Origin: Priapulus caudatus
Lineage: Eukaryota
DNA: 33,473 nt
Assembly (NCBI RefSeq): GCF_000485595.1
Contig: NW_014577089.1
Span: 133,452-166,924, forward strand
Direction: 5' to 3'
Position 1 is the first letter of the stretch; each line of letters begins with the position of its first letter. Shown piece after piece: positions 22,165 to 32,139 of this stretch. A model generated the notes under the pieces. That model saw only the letters and a program-made list of their open reading frames with translations, was not told the origin of the DNA and did no database searches. The position numbers and the translations under genes are program-made.

Positions 22165-22226
<62 letters not shown>
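22165..22226. repeat. (TA)n microsatellite at gap edge
   Basis: Direct inspection. Confidence 0.95.
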
Positions 22227-22229
<3 letters not shown>

Positions 22230-22721
22230 CGCGCGTGGCTCAACGGTGCATTTATACAAGGTTTTTCGCATCAGTTGCGCAACATTAAGTTCATGACACG
22301 ACAATAAGTTTGATAAGGCTCTACTTAGTCAGACTCATCGAGCACTGCTTGCCTTCACGGAGTAACGAATTGATCTGCTATTAATTTAATTTAACATACT
22401 CATCATTTACTCTACGAACATTTAGTTTAAACCACATACGCCCGTTGACACTATTCACCGCGTCACCTATGAACATGCTATAGTTTCAATCTCTGGCCTG
22501 TTCCTTGATCTAATTCAGCCTGTGATCGGCATCGATATCAAAGCTCGACACATCAAAACGCAGGCGATATTAGATGATACCACGCCCAGAGCGTGCCGAT
22601 CGTGGGCCCAGCTGGACGCCAGGGCAGTTTATCGCAGCAGCTGCAGTCATCATCAGTCGCCAATTGATACACAATCTCGGCTAGTTCCGATGCCGTTGTC
22701 ACACTCGGTTCAACTCCAAAT

Positions 22722-22827
22722 CTGAACAGCAGAGGAAGGAACAACCCCCCCCCCCCCCCCGCCAACGCGCGACCACTGTTATTTCCACTGGTCATCATCA
22801 TGCCAACGATTGCAGCCATTTACTCAC
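22722..22827 (-). other. Candidate 106-bp GT-AG intron
   Basis: Donor ACG|GTGAGTA, internal G-run, and acceptor ttccttcctctgctgttcag. Confidence 0.35.
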
Positions 22828-24226
22828 CGTGTTCATCAGTACGGGGAGGGGGGGGCCACCTGCCGGCGATTGACAATCGCAGCTCGGCGTGCGACGCTCG
22901 CCTCGCCGACGATTACCGACAATGCCGCTGCCAGGCCCGCGCGATTAGCTTTAAACGTGCTTGACAGATCAAAGTAGGAACATCCGCGGGAATCTGGCAG
23001 GAATTAGAAAGGACAACGGGAAATTGTGGCGGAAAAATCGCGCTGGCGATTGCGCGTCTGCCGTGATAATCGGCTGATGAGAGAGCGCGGAAACGCTGGC
23101 GCAGCGCGAGGGCAATCAGCTCAGCTAGCGCCACCTGTGTCTCGCGCAGTCGGCAACGCGTCATCTACTCAGGGTGACATGTCCGGCGCGTGTGGTCAGA
23201 GTGATGACCGCGTCAGCTGACCAGCGCGGCGTGTCCAGCGCGTGATCGTAATTATGAAGACGTCATCTGTATAGCGAGCAACCCGGGCTAACGTGACCAC
23301 AGAGTGGTCTGACTGAGTAAGGGCGGCGTCACCTGACCAGCGGGCACTGCTCAGGGGAGTGGCCGCATATGGCGCCGTATCACCTACCCTGACGTTACTG
23401 CTCGCTGTGATGTTACCGTGCTGCATCAAATGGATAAAATGTATTTGGCATGAATGCAATCCTCGATCTCTGCGTCATTCTACTTAGATCTAACACGTGG
23501 CGTTTAAGTCACACTCTTTCGCTTAGTGCGAAAATTTTGTTACGTGAACATAAGCGCAATGTTGAAAGGCCACATGGGACTCGAGCAGCAAAATTCAACG
23601 TCAAAGTTTCTAAGTACGTTAGAGGTGATTGTCGGTCGCTCGCTGAAAGCTGGAAGGACGTTCAACATTCCATCGATACTTATCACCTTTTTAATTAATC
23701 ATGACACACACAATGTTGAACATGAATAATTAATGGAATTTTGGCTTTAGACGCTGCGCATCACATGCGAGATTCGTGTTGCTTCCCCTTAAGGGATTTC
23801 GCCAATGTTTTGTAAGAAATAGTATCGAGGGAAGATCTCTTAGAGTGTGCATGTATTACACACGTTTACGAAGGCCACGAGCTGAGATAGGGCTGCGCCA
23901 AACTACGAGCCCTCCCACTGCGAGATGGTGACGAATATCTGACGAATTTATTAGCAAATTTAATGACCTGTGTCGTAATTATCTCGAATAACCTAGAGCC
24001 GCGTTCTTGATAATTTATACGCGCGGACCGGGTTTGCTCTGCCGTCTTTGTGAAACACGCTGAGCAAGCAACGCCACGTCTAATTTTGAACATGTGAACA
24101 TATATAAGTTTTAAATTAAACTAGCCGAACCTGAGAATTTCGTTATTAATTTTTGTCGCGGCAATATCTGCTCTGACGTCACGGCGCGTGTGAGACGGTG
24201 GGCGGCCGCTGCGCAGATGTGATGTA

Positions 24227-24389
24227 CCAGCCTGTTCTGCTAGCATCTATGACAAATACGACATACGCATATACGCTCTCCTATAACACAATATGTCACA
24301 GAAAAAAAATCCCCCTGACAAAAATAGTGTCATAGGAGAGCGTATATGCGTATGTCGTATTTGTCATAGATGCAAGCAGAACATGTTGG
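24227..24389 (+). mobile_element. MITE family A, copy 4 (163 bp, spacer deleted)
   Basis: Both termini are intact (CCAGCCTG...CATGTTGG) and the centre is missing. Flanks ATGTA/AATAA do not form a TSD. Confidence 0.88.
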
Positions 24390-24657
24390 AATAACAACTG
24401 CTGACAGCGGAAAGTATAGGAAGCTCTCTTATTTGCTTGTTAGCGATGCCTTCTGTTTCGGATGCAACGAGCAAAATAACAACCAGTTGATAGCAAATAC
24501 GCAGGAACGATGGTGGTGATCATGGTAACGAGGTAATGATGGCAGTGAACGGTGTTTAGTCCGGGTTAGTGTCCGAGGATTATCGATGTTACGTAACAAC
24601 GCCCCCTCGAAGCTATCATCAAATGTTATGTATCAATGTTATCCTACAACGTCCCTC

Positions 24658-24729
24658 TAGCTCTAGAACTATAGCCCTTCGCTCTGCCACATGCCTGTGG
24701 CAGAGCGAAGGGCTATAGTTCTTGAGCTA
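24658..24729. mobile_element. 72-bp palindromic MITE, TAG...CTA ends, 9-bp TSD (AcademH-like)
   Basis: 34-bp arms with one mismatch and a 4-nt loop, flanked by ACGTCCCTC at 24649-24657 and 24730-24738. Confidence 0.8.
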
Positions 24730-25449
24730 ACGTCCCTCTAAGACAGCTAATGAACGCATTTATCCGGCCAAGCTACCAAAAGAGTTTTTCCTAATCCTTT
24801 GCTTAACAGCTATGTAACAAACCCATACAGTCCAACCCAACAGCGGCCAAACTAATAACCCATTCAGATGCAACAATGCTACATGAGATTACATTATGGA
24901 ACAACATAATTATGCAACAACGCTCTATATAAAGACGTGCAGAATAAATGACTATATCAACGTTATATACCCAGGAATATTATGCAATACGGCTATACAA
25001 TATAAACTACGATAAATACATGCACAGAAAAGTGCCACCAAACGCAATCATGTAATATAGTTGTAAGCGCACAAAGCTGTTTCTGCTCGCTTATGTGATT
25101 AAATGTCTAATGTCTGTCTCCCCATGCGTGTTCGCATAAGCAGTGTGTGCGTGCGCGCGTGCGTGCGTGCGTGCGTGCGTGCGTGTCCGCGTTTGTGCGT
25201 GCGTGCGTGCGTGCGTGTGGGGGCGTCTGCGTGCGCGCCTGAGTGCGTTTGCGCGTGTGTCGCCGGGTAATGGTTCGCCTCCGTCAACATTCCCAAAGCA
25301 GAATAATGGACGAAGATGATGTTTGCGTGAAAGACTTTTTCTCAAAGGCGCATATAGCCACACGAGATAGGCGTACATATATGAAAACCTTTTCTATAGA
25401 TGCGCGGTTCACTGGTCAATCGACATCGTCTTCTCGCATCTTACACTCA

Positions 25450-27020
25450 CTCACGCACGCAAGCACGCACGCATGCAGCGGAAGTACGCACGCACGCACT
25501 CACTCACGCACGCACGCAAGCATGCAGCGGAAGTACGCACGCCCGCTTTTATAGTTACTTTGGGCGCAGCTCGCCAGAGAGTCATCAGTCACGCTGGCCC
25601 CTTTAACAGATTCCATCGTCGACGCTGTCGTCTGAAGAAATCAACTTGGCTAGTAGTTTCAAGAGCGCCATCGATCATGCGCTGACTTGTCCAATAAAAA
25701 AATTCATTACCACCAAATTCGGCGGGCTACATGCACCGCGCCAGGGCTAGCAGCAGGTCCTCACAGAAGACCCGTCTGGCAAGACGTCGCTCACTGCGCC
25801 TCGCATAGCGCGGAAACTATATAAGATTTAATGGATAGTCTTATAAGGCATATCGTGAACGAGGACTACACTAGACACTCGGACGCGGTGCTCAGAATGC
25901 GCATTTTGGCCTTGCGGTGCCGGCAAGCACGCGCAGATGGGATTTTACGTCGGTGGCGGCGCCCACTGGTCATAGCGAGTGTAAGCTAAGATAGGCTGGG
26001 AGGTGAATTGAACGAATACACTGGTCGAGTAGGTAGTTAGTTACGCGAGAACATGGCGATGTGAACCGCCCTTAAGCATCGTAAGCTACAATACTGATTT
26101 TTTGCTGTCAGCGTGGGCTGTATATAGAATCGTGGCATAGCGAATATATGCGGCACTTCTTAGTTATCACGCTAATAAATGGATTTGCGACAATCCAGTA
26201 TGAGGTCTAACAGGTAAACTCGATCGCACATGAAATGCCATCATCATAAACGCCTCTTTAATGTCACATTCTTCGTGATGTGTTTGGCGCCACAGAACAA
26301 CTGCAAATAATATAATGTATCTCCCTCCTTTATGTGTGTGTGTGGGGAGAAGGTGATGCGTGAGTGCGTGAGTGCGTGAGTACCGTGTGCTTAATGACAA
26401 AATGTGATAACGATGCGTATGTCTATCTTTCCACGTGTCTCTGTTTCCGTGTTTGGTTTGCGTGCATGTGCGCATCTTGTCGTCTGCCCATTCCTGTCGC
26501 CAGCCTTCGCATTGGAACGCGCACGCGGACTACCGTGGTGAACGACACACTACACCGGGCGACCTCTCGCTTAACGCCTCCACACACGACGCGTGAGACT
26601 CGCGATTCACCTGACAGGGCTCGCGCGATTGACCGACGAAAAACCGCGGGCGGAAAGGCGAAGAGTGGCGACATTCTCCTAACCGCCATGAGCAAGTCAA
26701 CCCACCGCCTTTCATCGGACAGTGGGCTTGTCCGCCGCCATTGCAAGAGCAACCACCGCTATCATCAGGACGCTAGGTGGCTGTCACGGACGCCTCATGG
26801 CAAGCAACTCACCGGTCTTATCATCGGACCAGTTGGTGTCCGCTGCGCCGCGATATCAAGACCCACAGCCCTATCAATCGGCCCAGAGTGGATGTCCGCT
26901 GCCCGATGCAAGCACTCACCGCCTATATCGGACCAAGTGCTGTCCCGCTTGCCCGATTGAAAGCAACCACCTCAGCCTATCTATCGCCAGTGGCCTCGGC
27001 GCCTGGGCGGAGGTGGAGGC
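25450..27020 (+). repeat. ~1.5-kb segment duplicated at 32140-33473 (copy 1)
   Basis: Colinear match throughout (e.g. GCAGCGGAAGTACGCACGCCCGC; GACCCGTCTGGCAAGACGTCG; AATGTCACATTCTTCGTGATGTGTTTGGCG). Differences are mostly single-base indels. Includes noisy 48-bp repeats at about 26680-26990. Confidence 0.9.
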
Positions 27021-27228
27021 GGAGGCCGGGGAGAGGCATTGTCGATGCGAGTTAAACACAATGTTATGATGTGTATAAATTAGACGGGTCCGTAGGCGAC
27101 TGAGGCCCGAATTTACGGAACTGTGTGTAGGCGTCGTTCACCACAGTAATAATACAACTATAATCAGTAATATATTAAAATTGGAATTGCTAATTTAAAT
27201 ATCTGATTTATAGAATTTTCAGTTATGC

Positions 27229-27593
27229 GAAGATGCATATGTAGCATGAATTTGTGATCGCAGACACTTGTGAGAAATTTTACCTCGGTGATACGATTAC
27301 GTTCGGAACGGAGCGCATTATTAGAATTAAGACGCTCCAGTCTCGTTTTAAACGCCATTGCGATATACCGTATATTTCAGCGTAAATGAGGGAAAAGTGC
27401 TGGTCAGAGACAGGAGTTTCGTAGAGTAATGGTTGCCGAGCAAAAACTTGGTGGCTTCGGCGCCGGTCGACCACTAATTTCGAATGCTGGTCATTAAGTG
27501 CTCCAATCTGTTGAAGAATAAAATAAATAAATAAACTTCGCTTGAATCTCAATGCAACATCGATCTCTCTCTCTCTCTCTTCTGGCTCCGGCC

Positions 27594-27631
<38 letters not shown>

Positions 27632-28014
27632 GTCTCTCGTCTATCTCTCTCTCTCGTATGCTGCTCTCTATCTCTCTCTCTCTCTCTTCTCTATCTCTCT
27701 ACTCTGCTCTCATCTCTCTCTCTCTGATTCATGCTCTCTCTCGTTCCTCTCCTCTCTTCTCGTCCTCTCTCTCTCCTCTCCTCTCCTTCTTCTCTCTCTC
27801 TCCTCTCCTCCTCTCTCTTCTCTCTCTCTCTTCTCTCTCTCTCTCTCTCTCTTCTCTCTTCTCTCTATCCTCTCTGTCTCCTCTCCTTCCCTCTCTCTCT
27901 GATCTCTCAGTCTCTCGTCTCTCTCTACTCTCTCTCTCTCTCTTCTCCTCTCTCTCTCTGACTTCTCTCTCCTCTCTCTCTCTCCTCTCTCTTCTCTCCT
28001 TCTCCCTTCTCTCT
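27229..28014 (+). repeat. Block duplicated immediately across the 25-N gap (second copy 28040-28875)
   Basis: GAAGATGC...CTCGGTGATACG...AAACTTGGTGG...TTGAATCTCAATGCAACATCGA followed by a (CT)n tract appears on both sides of the gap, with dense indels. Confidence 0.85.
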
Positions 28015-29859
28015 NNNNNNNNNNNNNNNNNNNNNNNNNCGAAGATGCTGATATGCTACAGTGAATTTGTGACGAAGATCGACTTCTGTGAAAGCATTTA
28101 GAGCTCGGTGATACGTCTAACGGTTTCAGGCACGGAGCGCGATCATTATTAGAATACGGTACTCGGTCCCCAGAAGTCACGTTTAAACTGCCTTTGGCGA
28201 TAACACCGTAGTATTCAGCGTAATATGAGGGGAAAAGGCTGGTCACGAGACGGGGCAGTTTCGTAGAGATGGTGCCAGCCAAACTTGGTGGTCTTCGGCG
28301 CTCCGGGATCGAACACTAACTTTGAATGCCTGGTTCATATGCCTTCCAAATCTGTTGAAAACATACAATAATAAATAAATTCAGGCTTGAATCTCAAATG
28401 CAACATCGACCCATATCTCTCTCTTCTCTCCTGTCTCCTGTCTTGTCTCTGTATCTGTCTCTGGTCTCTGTCATCTGTCTTGTCTCTGTTCTCTGTCTCC
28501 TGTCTCTGTCTTGTCTCCTGTCTCTGTTCTGTCCTCTGTCTCTGTCTCTGTCCTCTGTCATCTTCTACTGTCTCTGTCTCTGTGCCTCTGTCTCTGTCTC
28601 TGTCTCTGATCTCTTCTCTGCGTCTCTGCTCTGTTCTCTGTCTCGTCTCTTGCTGCTCTCTATCCTCTGTCTCTCTCTTCCCTGCTCTCTCTCTCTCTCC
28701 TCTCTCGTCTCTCCTCCTCGCCCCCCGTCGGTCTCTCTCTCTCTCTCTCTCGTCTCGCCACCACAATCCCCGCCCTCTCGCGCTCTCCTCGCTCTGCTGT
28801 TCTCTTCTCTCTCGTCTCTCGGTTCCTTCTCTCCTCTCTTCTCTCTCTTCTCTCTCTCTCTCCTCTCTCTCTCTTCTATTATACTCTATAATATATTATA
28901 GAGCAACTTTTAAACAGCTGCACATGAACAGGGTGACGTCTTTAAACGTCGTTTACAAATTACAAATCTACGAACTCAGATTAATGCGAAGAAATTATTA
29001 GTGCCCACATTCTATAATACGTCAGGAAAATAATGCGTTCCAATTTTGTAGCAGTGTTTACAATTCGCTTCTAAAAGCGTTCATCTGCCGAGATTTCACC
29101 GGCGATTCTGAACAAAATGTTGCATTATCACTCATAAAGAACAACGTATTTCAGTGGAACATATATAGTTTCTACCCTTTGTACACATCTTCTTTGTCGA
29201 CCTCTGTCGACCTCTCTTGGACATAAAGTTTACTTTTAGAGCGTGTACGGATAAGCTTGGCCATATCTCTCCATCACGTGTATCCAGGGGTGTGGCATCC
29301 AAGTACGCGAATATCCTTGCACCGCTACGATGTGGCTGCCCTCCAGCAACTGGTTGTTAGCGCTAACCCCATTACAGCTGTATCACTCTCGGCAAGCAGG
29401 GGACGGAGAGCGAGCTAAGCGCGCGATTTGTCGGATTAATCACATCTGTCAGGATGACGGACGGCGGCGCGTCGCCAGCCAGCGGCAGCTTAACACACAG
29501 CACGCCGCGCGCGCAAGCGGCTCATCATGGCTGCATGGCTCGGCAGCACATAGTACATAAATATATAATATAATAAATAATATATAATATTAATCTAGGC
29601 TGTCACTAGTGACTACGCGTGCCCTGCGTCCTTCCCTCCACGCCGAAGGCAATGTTTGTAATTTCCGTGCTAATCCGATGGCTGGCTATAACACCCGCGC
29701 GCCCGGGTCCTTGATATTATCTAGCTGTCACTTAGTACCGTAACGCGTGCCCTCGCCTTCCTCCACGCGAAGCACTGTTCGTAGCGCGCGACACGTCTCA
29801 ACTGGCGCTAGGAGCAGCCGTGCGACCTTAACCACATAGTGTGAAGGTGAGCTTGCCGT

Positions 29860-30080
29860 GCCCAGACAGCCACTCAGCGTGACGCGAAGTAGCTAATGGA
29901 ACTTCAAATGTTCGTGGAGGAGAGACTGACTAGCGTCGCAAGACAACCACGCAGTGCTGAGAGAGAGGCCATCACAGTTTGGAGGGGAACCAGGCAATTT
30001 AGAGGAACTCACGCAGTGGGACCAGGAGTCAGGCCGTGTGAGATGGCACCAACAGTACAGCTGTGGCACTTGTGTAGACC
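29860..30080 (+). mobile_element. Probable degenerate 3' fragment of an RTE-clade LINE
   Basis: Across frameshifts it reads QPLSVT..WNF...RR..TSVARQ...RERP/ITVWRGT..LEE..W..RVRW. This follows the motif order I recall for RTE ORF C-termini (W.GH.LRR...ARQAL.W.P..RGRP..TWRRT...DR.RW). Pattern recognition only. Confidence 0.35.
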
Positions 30081-30342
30081 TACCTATGCGCTCCGTTTTT
30101 GAACCACTCGATCGATTTGCACGAGAGCACGCGAATTGCGCGCGTGTCAGCTCCTGCGCCTCGGGCAAAAGAGCACATGTATTAGCCGGTAATTCAACGT
30201 CTGCTGAGCAAAGCATAAGAAGCCGCTGCAGCTACCGACACGCGCATTGTGGCCCCTGCGTTAGAATTCATAAACACTGCTCCCGTCTCCATCACGTCGC
30301 CGCTGTCCGCGCGCCCCACGCGCGTGCGAAGACATCCTATAC

Positions 30343-30511
30343 CTGCGCAGCCGCGGTACGCCGCCGCGCACCTTTGATAGGCCGCGAGAACGCGCCGCTT
30401 TCCGGCGAATGTTCGCTGTGCGGCGCCGACGATAAGAGTCCGAAAGCCCTCGAGAAAACGCTTCTCTGCTTCGCGATATAGAGAAAACTCCATTATCGAA
30501 AGCAATCGGCG
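30343..30511 (-). CDS. Candidate exon, unidentified helical protein
   Basis: Acceptor aacatgcag with donors AG|GTGCGC (30372) or CAG|GTATAG (30343). Open frame RRLLSIMEFSLYREAEKRFLEGFRTLIVGAAQRTFAGKRRVLAAYQR. Confidence 0.3.
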
Positions 30512-30544
30512 CTGCATGTTCGCTGTGACGCGTTGCGCCGTTCG

Positions 30545-31295
30545 CGGCTGATGTGAGTGCGGTCGTGCGTGCATATTCTGCTGATTGGTGCGCGCGTCGC
30601 GTGTGCGGTTGCGTGCTGATGTAGTGCCTCGCCGCCGTGCGTGCAATGCTGCGGTGCGATATGATTGCCGCGCGTGGTGTGCGGTCTTTGATGTGATGCT
30701 CGCGTGCGTGGCAGGTGCGTGGCTGATGTGAGTGCGCGCGTGCGTGCCATTCGCTTGCTGGAGGGATGCGCGAGTCGTTCATTTGCTTGCTGATGGGACT
30801 GCGCGTGCGTGCGTTGTATGGTGGACATGTGCGTGCTGATGTGAGTGCGCCCGTGCGTGCATGTGCGTGCTGATGTGAGTGCGCGCGTGCGTGTGCGTGC
30901 TGATGTTAGTGCTCGCGCGTGCGTGCATGTGCGTGCTGATGTGAGTGCGCCCGTGCGTGCATGTGCGTGCTGATGTGAGTGCGCGCGTGTGTGTGCGTGC
31001 TGATGTTAGTGCTCGCGCGTGCGTGCATGTGCGTGCTGTTGTGAGTGCGCGCGTGCGTGCATGTGCTTGCTGATGGGAGAGGGCGAGTGCGTGCATGTGC
31101 TTGCTGATGGGAGTGCGCGCGTGTGCGTGCTGATGAAAGTGCGCGCGTGCGTGCCGGTGCGTGCTGATGTGAGTGCGCGCGTGCGTGTGCGTGCTGATGT
31201 GAGTGCTGATGTGAGTGCGCGCGTGCGTGCATGTGCTTGCTGATGTGAGTGCTCGCGCGTGCGTGCATGTGCGTGCTGATGTGAGTGCACGCACG
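30545..31295. repeat. ~30-34-bp minisatellite (GTGCGTGCATGTGCGTGCTGATGTGAGTGCGCGC)n
   Basis: More than 15 recurring GCTGATGTGAGTGC-type cores. Confidence 0.92.
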
Positions 31296-31527
31296 CACAC
31301 GCCCGAACGCAAATACGTGCGCATCCACACACACACGCGCGTACGCGCACGCAAGCTCCACCAAAACCAAACACGGTTGGCGCCAGTGGGAGAAGCACGA
31401 TTGTTGACTGAGCGTTTCTCGTCTTTCTCCCGTTACTAAATGTGCATGATTGATAGTGAAGTTCATTTAGCCTTCTCTAAGCTAAGTTTTTTTAGCCTCC
31501 TCTCTCGTCCCCCACCCCTTCTGTCGT

Positions 31528-31582
<55 letters not shown>

Positions 31583-32139
31583 GTCTGTCGCTCTCTCACT
31601 CTGTCTGTCGCTCTCTGTCTGCCTTTCTCTGTCGTGCCATGCGTGCAGGCGCGCGGCGCAGGCAGCGAATTCAAACCGTTTACGAATTCCACGCACACGC
31701 AGCGTTTGACTGCGGCGCGCGGCGACCGGCAACTTCCGGCGAGGGAGAACTATTCTCTGCGCATTACCCCGATTCACTTATGACTTATGACATCGGCTAA
31801 TCACTCTCAATGCTCTCTCCTCCTCGTCGCGCATTATAATGAGAGCTCGGCGCTCTGCATCTATATGGGGCTAATAACCAGGCAACCCACATTGGAAAAC
31901 ATGTCGACAATGCAATAGAATAAAAACCGCGCGGGGTTGCAAACCGCTGCTAATAAATTCTGCATAAGCCATTTTAATGAATTCGTGATCAGAGAGGGAG
32001 TTGGCGGTGCTGGGGATTCGCTGCAGACATCAGTTAAGTGATCAAGGCAACAGCGTCAAGACGCCGGGAGATGCCAGACGACAGCGGATCAGCTTTAATA
32101 TATAGGGCGCCCTGTACATGCAACCATATATACCCATCA

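Noticed and set aside
21138..22307. Long 330-390-aa ORFs
   Set aside because: Read-through of an N gap flanked by microsatellites.
27284..27507. Fibronectin type III exon on the minus strand (SLTSLFP.YAEYTVIA.AF...YSN)
   Set aside because: It appears only under one hand-made consensus of two noisy copies. The L-x-P-x-T-x-Y spacing is off, and other frames and the other strand are equally open.
27542..29001. Ser/Leu-rich and Arg/Glu-rich ORFs
   Set aside because: They are translations of noisy (CT)n/(CTGT)n tracts.
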